A stretch of DNA of 59,572 nucleotides. Origin: Asterionella formosa. Its lineage: Eukaryota. This document shows, in pieces, positions 11,764 through 23,810 of this stretch. A program made the translations under genes and the position numbers. Each line of letters opens with the position of its first letter. Position 1 is the stretch's first letter. The stretch covers positions 1 through 59,572 of the forward strand of contig NKIB01013326.1 in NCBI GenBank assembly GCA_002256025.1, written 5' to 3'. Below the pieces are notes generated by a model, which saw only the letters and a list, made by a program, of their open reading frames with translations, made no database searches and was not told the origin of the DNA.

Positions 11764-12473
11764 GGTGAAGCAGCATTAGGGGGTCTGTGTAAACGCCTCA
11801 TTGAGCATTCGCCGTTGCCTTGTCTTAATATACAGTACACAAATGCATTGAATTCGGAACAAAAGAATCATTAGACTGGGACTATAACAATACGGTACGG
11901 TACTCCGAGGACCGGTGAAACAGTTACTGTACCTGGTACGGTAGACCGGTAGACGATAGCATCATACCGGTGTTCCGGTACCAGGTACCTGGTACCAGGT
12001 ACTACTACTGTACCAGGCACCAGTTACACAATATAGAAGGCAGAACATAACAAAAGATACGACACGACCACGAGTCAAAAGGGTATGATCGTACCAGGTA
12101 CCCGCTACCAGGCACCAGGTACCCAGTAAGGAGAATGATTGATCTTGTGCGTCGCTGGTCTGCATGTGTTTGTACATACGATTTAACGGTTGGTAGACAG
12201 ATAGCAGTGCTGGCAAGTTGAGGTAAACGAGAAGTTTAGCTGTGTTTTCCTGGTAGTAAACACCATCTTTTATCCAACTTGTTACCACTAAATAGGAATC
12301 ACTAACAACCACATGCATGCTGCGATAAACGTTGATATTAATCATGGAAGCTAGCTATCCCCTGAAGGCAGAATCTTATCAAATTCATTCGATGGAGTGA
12401 TAATGAACAAGGGTTGTTGCAGATTGCTTGTTTGGGAATTCAAATATTAGCAGTCAGTCAACCTCAGACCTCA

Positions 12474-13190
12474 ATGGCGATGGCCAAGCTTGCTGTTCAA
12501 CAAATGCTTCGATCCTCTAGAAGGATTGTGAATCAAGAATCGGGTCAAAGATGGATCCTTACAGGCAAGGTCGCCGCCACGACACCAAGTCTGCTTATAT
12601 CCGCCGAACCCCTGGGCCGCCCACATGCCATGCGGTATATGTCTACAAATGAACAAACCATCAGTCCATCCGAGGACGAAATCTTCAAGGCGAATCAAAA
12701 CTACCAAGGAGTCCTAAAAATTGAAACCATTGGTTCCCGCGGTCTCAGGTTGATGGCTCTAAAGGATTTTGTACCTGACGACTTGGTCATCATTGGAGAG
12801 GCCCTATACTCTTGGGGATTTCAGAATTCTTCTACAATTCAAACGGAGATTAAGTCACATACAATGATGGATCTTCCAGCTAGACTGCTGAATCATAGAT
12901 GCGGGACTGCCAATTTGTACGCTCGCGACAATGACGTTGGAGCCTACAACTTCTATGCTCGCTCTGCCATTACGAAAAATGAGGAACTGACATATGACTT
13001 TGAAACGACAGAATATGAAATGGACGGGCAAAAATGCATTTGTGGGTCCCCCAAATGTAGAGGCAAACTGCGGGGCTTTAAGTATAGTGAAGTCGTGATG
13101 AGGGAGTTATGGGAGCCTCGTCATATTGCCGTATACCTCAACGATATGACAGTTGGCGAGGAAAAAGAGGAAAATATACAGGAAAACTGA
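12474..13190 (+). CDS. Small SET plus post-SET domain lysine methyltransferase with possible mitochondrial presequence
   Basis: RGLRLMA, LLNHRC, EELTYDFETTEY and CICGSPKCRG. First ATG at 12474 gives an Arg/Ser-rich, acid-poor N-terminus ending RYMST. Confidence 0.88.
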   Translation: MAMAKLAVQQMLRSSRRIVNQESGQRWILTGKVAATTPSLLISAEPLGRPHAMRYMSTNEQTISPSEDEIFKANQNYQGVLKIETIGSRGLRLMALKDFVPDDLVIIGEALYSWGFQNSSTIQTEIKSHTMMDLPARLLNHRCGTANLYARDNDVGAYNFYARSAITKNEELTYDFETTEYEMDGQKCICGSPKCRGKLRGFKYSEVVMRELWEPRHIAVYLNDMTVGEEKEENIQEN

Positions 13191-13359
13191 AGGTGGTGTA
13201 ACAGTTCCTGCCTTTCAGCCGTGAGATCCTCTATTATCAGTTTCTTTCTGTCCACGCTGAGCAAGGCACCTGAATTTCGTTCAACACGGAAAACCCTCCT
13301 TACGTTAGCCATTCTTAAGCCGTGGTTTAAAACACGGTCCCCGCAGCCAGCCTACCAAT

Positions 13360-15687
13360 CTATGACGTGCGTCCCGCTTTGGCGTCTTCTTCGTCTTGTG
13401 CTTCTGATTTGATGGCAGGGAAGTGAAATCGACGTTGCAGGTCATGGTTTGTGAAGTTGAAGGAATCATGACAGTAGGTCCCGCCACAGGCAGCACGCCG
13501 GGACGGACTCACCACTCTGTATAGATTCACTGTGCTAGCATTCCCAAGGTAACCCACCCATGTAGCATAGGTCGACTTGCCCAAACCGGTAAATTCTTTG
13601 CCAGCGGACATGAGGAAGCAAAAGTCATGTTCTGCCGATTGGCCTGAAATGACTCTGGCGACAATTCCTCGTTCTTCAAATTTTGCAACATATTCAGGGA
13701 CTCCTTTATCAGGGAAGCGTGAAGTGATTGCTATCTTATCTCCAGCACCAAGATGTGAGAAGAGTTCGTACGCTGTTTTATTAGCAGATGATTCTTCAAA
13801 TCCCATTTTCAAAGCTCTCTTCATCTCTCCGAGAAAATTTCGAAAGTGAAAAACAACTTCGTCTGGTTCAGGTCTGGTAATACAGCAATCTGGGTTGTCA
13901 AAATCAAACTCGAACAAATCTTTCAGTCTTTCAAAGTAACGGTCGTTCACATCTCCAAAGTTCCCAAAGACATCAGTGTAAAGAAAAGGAAGCGTGAAAT
14001 TCGACTTCTCGGGAGGAGCTGGGCGATCTGGCGATTCTATTGCCTCTTTCACCGTTTCGAGTGTCTCATGCAACCAATGCTTCATTTGATATTCTGAAGC
14101 TCTCGGACAGAGCATACCATTCTTTTTTTCGCCTACCCATGCAGCTTGCTGTTCCTTGATTATATTAAATTCTTCAGTATTGCCTTCTTCAAAATCCATT
14201 GCCCTCAATTTGGTAAAACATTTCTTGGTGGAACCCGCAGCCCTTATCCATTTACTATGGTCTTGATGTCGAAGAATGACCTTGGTCGAAATTTTGTAGT
14301 CCTCTTCCAACCACCACTTGATTCCATATCCCCAAGCGAGTTTAGAAAGCTGGTTTCCCATTTCACCCGAAAGTTGAATGACAAGTGAAACTGGATTTTC
14401 TTCTGTTCCAAGTGGTGGCAATGTATGTTGATTGGTACCGATTATGGTTGCGTTGTCCTGTTCAGGAGGTGTTTCGTGGGGGTTCTTGTCACTGGGATTT
14501 TTTTTGACATTGCCTGCCCGGTCAATAATCTCGAACGAGATACTACTTCGTGGATCTCCCACGTCTTGGAAGATTTCATGTGTAATAAATGCTTTGTCGG
14601 TCGTAGTATACAATCGTCTCTTGGCTTTTGTATTGAACGTGGCAGCCCACTGCATAATTTCAGATTGAGCTGGTCCTATAATTTCATGCGGCGCGTATCG
14701 TAACAAGCAATAAATGTTCAAGGGATTGGTAGCATTTGTCGCCACACGAGTTTGTGGCAAAACGCTGGTATACGCCGACCAATAATCTTCATTTTGAGTG
14801 GATACAATTAGTACCATTGTGATGTTGTTGTTTTCTAAGAATACCAAAGTTTGGTTCGGTGCCATATCATTCTGACCGTCGAGAAACAAAACAGTCTCTC
14901 CATCACTTGATGATTCAGTACAACAACTTTCCTTAATCTTCATTAAAATTTTGAGGTGTTCCATGTCCCTAGCATCCTTCATAACGATGGGTTGGTCTAT
15001 GTAGATATAGGGGAGTGGTCGTCGACCGCGGTCTACTTCTGGATCCTTCAGTTTCTCTTGAAGGAATGAAAGTCCATCCTCCATAAACTCTAAAGTGGGC
15101 TCCAATAAGGACGTCTTATCTCCTAGCCATTCCACTTGCCTCCTTTTTGTCTCTTGGAAATCTAGTTCGTCTATTAGCTTTCCGTCCAGGTTTGGAAAAC
15201 ATTCTATCAGCAGTTCATTTGATGCTGAGTTCGTCCACATTGGAAGAATTTTTGTTGATATATTGTATTTCTTTTTGGCATCAATCTGTAATATATTTGC
15301 AAATGCGAGAAGTCCGAGATTTTTCCCAAAATCATTGTCTAAATTGGCAACAATGGAAACGAGTCCATAGTTGAATGGAGGCTCTGTTTCTTGCTGTGCG
15401 ATGGTTCTCTGTTCTCCATCCTGGTGATTTATTTCCTCTTCTCCTAATATTGCTTCTTCAGGATTTTCTATAGAATGAAATGACGAGGCGTTGTTGTTGT
15501 TATTGCTATTGTTGTTGGTGGCGTTGTGACCATAATTGGCATCTCTAATAGTGTTGGACACCTTATCGAACGCCTTTTCAGTTTTAATAAACAGTTCGTC
15601 ATCGATTAACGATACTATCATCAAGATCAACATGATGACTACCAAGACTTTCAGAAAGGGAGGAACAGCAAGTGCTTTGGCCACCAT
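13360..15687 (-). CDS. Type II membrane glycosyltransferase-like protein (GT11/fucosyltransferase-like) with a duplicated domain
   Basis: N-terminal signal anchor. C-terminal half has LSGEMGNQL, VVFHFR and DFCFL...STYATWVGYL, resembling GT11 motifs. N-terminal half has degenerate counterparts of the same motifs. Confidence 0.7.
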   Translation of the reverse strand: MVAKALAVPPFLKVLVVIMLILMIVSLIDDELFIKTEKAFDKVSNTIRDANYGHNATNNNSNNNNNASSFHSIENPEEAILGEEEINHQDGEQRTIAQQETEPPFNYGLVSIVANLDNDFGKNLGLLAFANILQIDAKKKYNISTKILPMWTNSASNELLIECFPNLDGKLIDELDFQETKRRQVEWLGDKTSLLEPTLEFMEDGLSFLQEKLKDPEVDRGRRPLPYIYIDQPIVMKDARDMEHLKILMKIKESCCTESSSDGETVLFLDGQNDMAPNQTLVFLENNNITMVLIVSTQNEDYWSAYTSVLPQTRVATNATNPLNIYCLLRYAPHEIIGPAQSEIMQWAATFNTKAKRRLYTTTDKAFITHEIFQDVGDPRSSISFEIIDRAGNVKKNPSDKNPHETPPEQDNATIIGTNQHTLPPLGTEENPVSLVIQLSGEMGNQLSKLAWGYGIKWWLEEDYKISTKVILRHQDHSKWIRAAGSTKKCFTKLRAMDFEEGNTEEFNIIKEQQAAWVGEKKNGMLCPRASEYQMKHWLHETLETVKEAIESPDRPAPPEKSNFTLPFLYTDVFGNFGDVNDRYFERLKDLFEFDFDNPDCCITRPEPDEVVFHFRNFLGEMKRALKMGFEESSANKTAYELFSHLGAGDKIAITSRFPDKGVPEYVAKFEERGIVARVISGQSAEHDFCFLMSAGKEFTGLGKSTYATWVGYLGNASTVNLYRVVSPSRRAACGGTYCHDSFNFTNHDLQRRFHFPAIKSEAQDEEDAKAGRTS

Positions 15688-16322
15688 TTTGACTGTCGCT
15701 CAGCACAAAATTGCTTTGTACATTTTTAGTGATGAAATTCAAAATGAGCTCTGCAATTGAAAAATGGGGGCAAACATGTGCCATTCTTACTAACTACCGG
15801 TAAGTAAGTACCAGGTACCAGTAGGTATGAAAAATCCATAACATGCATACCAGGAATATTGAGTAAAATAAAATAATTACTGTACATACCGGTAGTCGCA
15901 TACTAAAGAACCTACTTACCCGTATACATAGGGTAGCAATACCGGTATTATGTGTATAATTATAATCGACTAGCAAAAATAAAGAGTTGGGATTTTACTA
16001 AGGAAAGTAAAGTTGATCAAGTTATTTTGGCGTGGTACATGTCAGAGTGTGTCTGTTAGGCTGTTGATGTCGACAGGTGTCCGAAGACTAGGTAGTCTGA
16101 GGAATGTCTAAACGGAAATAGACAGGATTTATATACCGGTAGCAGAAGAATCTGCAGACGAGCGGCGTGCGAAAGATCTTGACCGGTCATTCCAGGGCAG
16201 TACTGGAGCGCGCTAGAGTAGCGCCATATATTTCAACAGGTACATAGGAGTATTATTTTATACCGTAATTTCATGATGGTTTCAGAGAATTCGGACCATC
16301 ATTTAGAACAACAATTGTCCTC

Positions 16323-18818
16323 ATGGCGTTGTTGGTACCAGACTTTGAAGAATCAAGTTACTTGCCTTCCTTCGTTAATATTCGCAAAAAGACTCTCGAT
16401 TTGCTTTACCAAGGTGGCGGACTTGACAAATCACCAAAGGGATCCGTGGACGAACTGATACAGCCTCTCGTTGATCTCCTGAATCAGCATCCATCCTTCT
16501 CAACCTTGAGTAGTTGTTCAGGACGAATCGCTCTCTTTGATCCAGGTCAGACGTTGCAACATGAACCAGCAGCAGCAGCAAACGAAGAACATGATGTACA
16601 AGCACAGCATGCCATGGACGACGAACGTTCCAAATCCAGTGGCAAAGGCCGAGGTACATGGTTGCTGTCAAGCCATGACATTTTAAATGACAACGTGCTC
16701 ATTCAACTTCTTGACTCCTCCTCCTCGTCATCTACCATGGTGTTCAAGCACGAACCCTTGTTATTGCACGTGGCAGCGTGCAATGTGGAACGAGGTCGAC
16801 AATTACTCACATTGGCTCTTGGATTGGGATTTCGGGAGTCAGGGTTGGTGGTCACGGAAACGAGAGTAACTGTGGCCATTAGAGGATTGTCCCTGGGAAT
16901 GACAGTGCCTTTGGCTAGAGAGGGACCATTGAGACCGTCAGATCAATATTTGATTGCCGTTATGCAACAGGCAAATGAACGAATGAGGATAAATCAAGAC
17001 AAACTCAAACAATTGCACCAACAGGTGGCGGAGTCACTATTTCAAAGGGGAGACAACACATACCAATCGCAACAAGAGGAGGCAAACAAAATTCAGGTAT
17101 CGATAGAAAAGCTACCACCTCTCAACCTTTGGGGACTTGCTGCCGTCACCATACCTACTACTGACGATGTGTATGTCTTTGGTGGATATGGATGTGGACC
17201 ATTCACCTTTGGCCAACGATGCAAGAGATCAAATCAAGTTTTGAGGCTCTCGAAAGAGAATGGATTCTTCAAGAAGGAATGGACTGAAATGGAACAAATT
17301 CGATTGAATGAAGTGGATGCTAAGGAAAACTTAGAAACGACATCGTATGGTATTGATGTCATCTTGACAAATTTTGTTGCATGTGAAGGCTTGCAAGCAA
17401 TTATCCTCCCCCTCAACGAAGAAAAGAAATCTGTAGTTGCCATATGGGGAGGTCGGGCAGGACCTACCAGACCCTTTGGAGATTTATTACTCTATGAACC
17501 AGAATCCAGAACAGATTGCTTTGCTGCACCAGTGGATATCAAAGGCGATTTGCCTGAACCTAGATGGGGTCACACTTTCACTGCGCTTTCGGGTCAACAT
17601 GGACATTTGGCTGTCATTGTAGGGGGAAGAACCGAACACGAATGTCTGGCTTCAGTGTTCCTCCTTTCGTTGGTGGGCATCACAGGTGGAAAAAGAAACT
17701 TAAAATGGACAAAATTGGAGGTATCGATTCCTCCCCTGTTCCACCACACTGTGATTTCAACTAAGAATGATTCATTGATTATTTTTGGTGGCCTATCAGA
17801 TCAGAATAATTTGTTGGAATCCTTTAGCGATTCTTTCCAGTTATCCGGATTATATGGTCGCGATGGAACGACTCCATCGCCCCAAGCAACATCTTCCTTC
17901 CATGCCTTCAAGATTCAATCGGATGGATCGTCTCAACTAATTGAGCTCAAGGCCAGCATTGATACTATTCCGAGTTATGCTGGCTCGGGTTTTGTCTTGG
18001 GAGTTGACGGCAAAACTATAATTGGTCTCTTAGGTGGAATGCCCTCTCACTCATCAAGAGCATTGATTGTCTACAACCCACTTTTGTGGTTTTCTGTTGA
18101 AACTATAGATGGAGGGTTTGTTTTGTCCCCGCTTGATTTGGAGTACGTAGATGGAATGAATGAAATTAACGTTGCTGCCTTGGTACACAACTGCTGCATC
18201 GGAATAACTGGGTCCAAGGAAGAGGCATGCTCACTAGGCGGCGGTGTTTCTTCTTTTGCCTTTGGGGAGCTGTATGCTGAGTAAGCTCAAGATTGCCTCG
18301 TTTTTTTCACTTGCTCCCGTGGTCTGGTCTAACTCAATTCTCCTTGTACGCACAGATGCTACAAATTTCGTCTGGAGTGTGTTAACATGGACCTGCCCTC
18401 GCCGTCGAAAGGATTCTTCAATTCGCAAAAGATTTCCTTGTTAGATCCTGGCTGTCCATCACCCTCACCCATTCATAGATATTTCAAAAGCGAGAATGAT
18501 GATGACAATGAAAGGGATGTTTTGTTTGTAGCATCATCAAATGCAAAAGCGTTGAAAACCGCTCTCGAAGAAACCGGGTTTTTGGACAAGAACTTTCGCA
18601 TGACAAAGGCGAGCGAAAATACCACGTTGCCACGTTCAGAGAGCGGATGCATTGCTGTCCCTGTAACAAAAGAATGTCTAATCAAGCTGGAAGAAGGCAA
18701 CGTGCAATGGGCCAATCTCGTAGTGGGTCAAGGCAAGCAAGTTGTTCCATTTAGCGCTTTATGTTTGGCTAAACAAGGCAAAGATAATTATAAATGTCCC
18801 TCCCCTTTAATAGTCTAA
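16323..18818 (+). CDS. TYW3: tRNA wybutosine biosynthesis protein, TYW3 methyltransferase plus Kelch repeats (2 exons, intron 18281-18355, about 806 aa)
   Basis: TYW3 motifs DKSPKGSVD, STLSSCSGRI, FKHEPLLLHV, GFRESG. Kelch motifs VYVFGGYG, WGGRAGP, PEPRWGHT, IFGGL. Intron GTAAGC...TCTAAC...CACAG joins the 18387-18818 ORF in frame. Confidence 0.92.
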
Positions 18819-18908
18819 TTCTAGTAATCGTCGTTTCTTCATATCTGACTTTCAGGTTCTGATTCGTGGACGCTCTTCTTACCTCTAATAGTTGACTTCT
18901 CAACTTAG

Positions 18909-20129
18909 CTATTTATGCTTTCGTTTGCTGGCAACCACCATCGCAATGGCGACAACGGCTGCTGCTGCCAGCAATCCAGTCATCGCCCAGATACTCGAGG
19001 GCTTATTGCCTTCATTGTCAGGAATGCTGATGGCTTCGACGTCTTCGTCTGGGAAACTAGGCATGGCACTGCGTTCTTTTCGTTCCTCTTCTTCTTGCTT
19101 GTGTCTCTTTGGTGTCTCGTATCCTTGGACGGCCGATGAAGATCGCTTGAGTTCGGGAAACTGAGGCTCCACACTCATACAAGCAGGAACTTCCAACGTC
19201 ATGGTTTTTATTGGGACTGACGTATCAATGGGGAGCTCCTTTGGAACAGGATGCTTGCGCTTTTCATCAATCAATGCTTTTTTATGTTCCTTTCGGTTCT
19301 TATCTGTCTTTTCCAGGCGATGATGTCGGGATTGTTTCTTATCTTCTTCCTCCTTTTCACGAGCTTGCGATGGAGATTTAAGATTACTGTAATATCCATA
19401 ATTTTTAGGGTGAACTTCTGGAGTTTCAACTTTGACGAGATTCAGCGGAGGAGGTGGTTGCTTGGCCTTAACCCGACGCCTGTTGGGCGAACTCACTTTG
19501 GACAAGTGGGTAAACGGATTCCTATTTTGCGGTGGCTTCTTGGCAGCCATATCAGTGGGTGTATCCTTCTCAAGATTCCTCTCCTCGTCAGGCTTATCCT
19601 CCTCACGAGTCTCAACCTCACCGTCTGAAAACTTAGTAGGTATCTCCAAAAAGTCGTCGACAACTGGTTGTTGCAATGCAGTACTCACTGATTCAGCAAC
19701 CACATTAGGTTCCACTTCAGGTTCCACATCAATGATCACGTTTTCAGATTCCGTTGCATCAGTTAATGCATCCTCAGAAGCTTCCTTATTATCAATAGAG
19801 ATGTTTGATTCTTCTGGATGGTCAATAGCATCAACTAGAGTGGTGACTGCCTTCGTAGGGTTGTTCTTATTAGTCCGCTTCCCCCGACGATAATTCTTTT
19901 TGCGTGCTGGTGACTTTTGACCCCCCTCTCCAGTGGTAGGATCAGTGGCAGTGGAGGCAGTCGATATTTTGGACTTAAGTTTGGTTGGGGTGGTTACCGC
20001 TGCTGCTACGGCGGGCGCCGCAACAGTTTGCTCATTGCTGCTCGCTTTTGAAGTGCTTCTTAATGTTGTTTGTGCCGTTTGTGCTGATTGTGCTGATTGA
20101 TCCGTCTTCTTTTTGCCTTTGTTTGCCAT
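18909..20129 (-). CDS. Low-complexity, charged, probably tail-anchored membrane protein
   Basis: 406-aa ORF rich in K/E/S/T/P with a single C-terminal hydrophobic helix (IWAMTGLLAAAAVVAIAMVVA) followed by the basic tail SKRKHK. Confidence 0.8.
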   Translation of the reverse strand: MANKGKKKTDQSAQSAQTAQTTLRSTSKASSNEQTVAAPAVAAAVTTPTKLKSKISTASTATDPTTGEGGQKSPARKKNYRRGKRTNKNNPTKAVTTLVDAIDHPEESNISIDNKEASEDALTDATESENVIIDVEPEVEPNVVAESVSTALQQPVVDDFLEIPTKFSDGEVETREEDKPDEERNLEKDTPTDMAAKKPPQNRNPFTHLSKVSSPNRRRVKAKQPPPPLNLVKVETPEVHPKNYGYYSNLKSPSQAREKEEEDKKQSRHHRLEKTDKNRKEHKKALIDEKRKHPVPKELPIDTSVPIKTMTLEVPACMSVEPQFPELKRSSSAVQGYETPKRHKQEEEERKERSAMPSFPDEDVEAISIPDNEGNKPSSIWAMTGLLAAAAVVAIAMVVASKRKHK

Positions 20130-20448
20130 GGTGATGGTTTGTCCTGGTGATTATAGTGTCGACACTAAGGAATAGTAGCTATTGCTGTGTATTTTCTAAC
20201 CAAAATCAGTCCTTGCAATGCAAACAAAGTATAACATCAGCGCCATTAGAAATGAATGTGTCGTGATTTGGATGATATGTATTGCTACACACATCACTCA
20301 TACTAACTTGACAACCACCAGGTTCCAGGGGTAGCTAAGATACCCCTGGTACATGGACCTGGTGACCATCAGAATAGAATTTGTATGGTCTTAACAATTA
20401 TTTAGTATCGGGGTACTGGTACACCATGGCAGGTGCCTGGTATACTCT

Positions 20449-22298
20449 GGCAATTCCCGCTCCAGCTATCGTCTTGCCATTCGGGTACTTGTATGTAATT
20501 TTTAGGCTTAAGTAATTTCTTAAGTAAATTGTATTTAAGGGCAATATGGGGCACATGGAATTTTTCGGGAATGAAATTGCCGATTTTAGCATGACAACCA
20601 GAATAACGGTAATGCATAGAGATGGTACAACAAGCGTAAAACACACGAGAATCATTGTAACATGCCAACATCAATGAAAATTGAACATACTGTTTGGAGC
20701 AACCAAAGTATGAAATGCGATGTAATAAGTAGCGTCAAATGAGAAATAGAAAAAATTGTTTTTGGTTAGAAATGAAGTAAAAAATAAGAGTTTCGATGGA
20801 GATGTATGCATTGTGACATGTGGTACTTACACACGCAATTGAATTTCCATCACCACACAATCAACGACCGAAATAAGAAGGGAAAAAGCTGAACCCAATC
20901 TTGACCTGCATCGTTATGTAGCGTAGATGATCTGCTTGCTGTAACCATGCAAATCGCTGTAGGAGCCTGACACAAGTTGCAGTCCTTCTGCTCACTGTCC
21001 TTGTTCTTCCCACCTAACAACCCTGATCATCATTCCATTCCAATCCATTCTGATTGAGTATAATCGCCAGGCTGCTCCAGCACTATTGACTCCCTCTAGC
21101 CGAATATACGTAGCTTCTGATACAAACTCGTAGTAGAAATGTAGCAAAGCGCGTTAGTACAAGAAAAGCATTGCTTGGCGGCAATATTGACATCATTGTC
21201 AATGACTATACAAATCAACAAATACAATCATCATCGGCACAATACCACATCTTCAATGAGTAGTCATTGATAAATGCATTGGTTGTTGTGTAGATATATA
21301 CAATCGAAACAAAACGACAGTGCGGAACGACAAAGAATGACGGAAGCGATCAAAACAAGCCACGGAAGCAATCAAATCGGAAGGTCGATAAATACGATCT
21401 ACAATCCACATTCAGTGTTTCACTGTTGTACTCACCGATCCGCTTCAACTATCATAACAAGCAGCAGACAATGGGATCAAAGAAAGACGAACGTTGCCTA
21501 TTGCAAGCCCGAATAGAGCAACGGCAGGCAGGATAGAGTGAGAATTATAATTGTTAGGACGAAATTGGGCATACGGTACGTAAAATCAATCGATATGTGA
21601 ACGATAAAATTTAACAGTCTGGTCTCATAAAAATAACACTGAGTCTACAGAGACAATACTATAACGTGCTCAAAGTAAGCGTTAAAGTTTAGCTTAATTA
21701 AATCATGCATGGTTGTTTTCAGTACCACTTATGTGTGTAGGCTAGATGACTACCTGTAATGGTAGAATATCCGTTAAGCATCATCACATGCATGACTGGA
21801 GCAAAAACTTGCCGCCAACATCAGATGTATCGAAATCATTGTTCGTCCGACGAAATATGGACAATGCGACTACATGAATCCCTCGAGAAGACAAGCAATC
21901 CAACAACCAACCACATTCGTTAGACAACGAATTGCTACTGGCGTCATCGCGGAACTGATTTCGCTTCAAACCGGTCATGATGGATGACAATCGGTACCAT
22001 GGTGAAAGGTGAATTGCCGGAGTCCACTTTTCAGGAGACAAACAAAATCGAGGTGAATTCTAGATATAAATTATTAAAATCTGTATAGTATATAAATGGT
22101 TTCCTTAAGGATACCCCTTGCCAATTTCGGCAATCCCAGGGCTGGAAAACTGAGAGGCAATTGGCATCTGTTGTCTTGCCAAAATGCTAACATATGAAAT
22201 ACACGACGGCGCCACTCATACAGTCAACCTACTCATGCCACCCAGCCTCGAACACATGTATACTCGCAGGTATGTAGCCACCTTGGGCGTGTATTGCT
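20449..22298. mobile_element. Non-autonomous about 1.85-kb TIR element, copy A (family GGCAATWCMC)
   Basis: Colinear direct repeat of 49331-51151 over its whole length. Termini GGCAATTCCCGC ... GCGTGTATTGC(T) are an imperfect 12-bp inverted repeat. No convincing ORF. Confidence 0.85.
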
Positions 22299-22300
22299 GA

Positions 22301-22345
22301 GGCAATTCACAAGAAACTAGCTCTCGTTGCGCCATTCGCCTAAAT
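22301..22345 (+). mobile_element. Terminus of another element of the same TIR family
   Basis: GGCAATTCACAAGAAACTAGCTCTCGTTGCGCCATTCGCC aligns with the left end of copies A/B and with the reverse complement of 33692-33728. Confidence 0.65.
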
Positions 22346-23810
22346 GTCTTTTTTAGCTTGCTATAGCCCATCATACAAATATAGTTTATAGATTTCCTAT
22401 CTTCAAATAAAATCTTGCCAAAGGTCCAATATTTCCCATCATTAAAATATATTTTGTACATTTCATATGCTGCTCTATTATATATAGTTGCTCTGTTTTA
22501 ATTCAATGTTATTACAATTCTTACATACTTATGGTTAAACAATGAAAACGGGAACTACTTGCCGTCATTTTTCTCGAAGAGCAGTGTCAAAGTCTGCTAA
22601 ACGCAAAGAGCAAGATGATATCCAGTGTGCTGCATTGGCAATGTGTGCACTAGAAAGTAAAATGAAGCTTGGGTATATTGTTGATTGTTGTGTGCTTCCG
22701 CCCATGCTGACTAAATTGTCGATTTCATCCTAACATATTCAATTCATTACATTCTTCAGTTTATTGGAATGGAATGAGGTTGTTGCAAATGCTGTAAGTA
22801 TTCCCAAAGTAGCCATTGATAGAAATGATGAAGAAGTAGAAGATAGGTGCGTTTGTTGTTGATTGATGCATAGTTGTTCTTCCATTTCGATTCCATCACT
22901 CCAAATTGCTTTGTTTTCTGTCTTTTTTTGATAGCTGTAAAGAACCTTGTAAAAGCAATATATCCACAATTGTGAATTCCTCCGATGTGGTTGCAATACA
23001 TCATAATGATTTTGATACCGGTGGCTCTAGCTCTGTTGATTGAAGAGATTCTGATTGCACCAGTAGTGAGCGATTCTGATTTGATATACTTCATATCAAC
23101 TGCTACCATCGATGTTCCTCATAGCTAGTAATGGAGCTTATGCTTGCCACCCTAAATCCCAGATTCCAGCATCATACGCAACTGCTGAAGACTATGCCAG
23201 TGCGATTCGATCCAGCAATGATGTTTTGGTTCTACCAAACAAACAAATGCTATTAGAAAACTTTCGCACAACACAAGCAAATACACCAAGGCATGTAGCA
23301 TCAACATAGAGGACAGATTCTTTGAAGCCCTTTCCGAAAATCCAACCTTGGGCTCGCTTGCTTCTATGAATCTCGATCCCAACAATGGAAACCAGCCAAT
23401 CCATCGATTCTATCTCCTATATCGTGGGTTAGTAAGTAACGCCACCAAAGATATCCGTCTGCAAATAAAAAATATAGTACTTATAAGATCAGGGCTATCA
23501 TATGATAACTGGCACAGAATTTTTCTGTGCATGATACATATTTAGTTATATGTATGATAAATGCATACTATGTAAGCAGTCTAAGCTTATTCACAATAAT
23601 CAAACCACCATATAATTATCAAAACATTATCCTATGATGTACATTCTCTTATCATATATCTATCCTTACATGATGGTAAATCTAATCGAAACAGCTGTTA
23701 AAAATAGGTTGAAATGGATTGTAATTTTACTGTTATATCACGAAATCATTTTTGTGTTTCTGCATTTTGTGCAGTTGCTTAAACAGCCAATGTTCCCCTT
23801 TTCTATTGTC

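Noticed and set aside
8890..19893. Numerous short ORFs antisense to or overlapping the main genes
   Set aside because: Shadow frames of long coding sequences with no independent motifs.
20449..22298. Fanzor/TnpB element with omega-RNA, or a Helitron
   Set aside because: No RuvC or zinc-finger ORF remnants are visible, the fold favours the strand on which it would be 5'-terminal, there are no TC...CTRR ends, and short TIRs are present.
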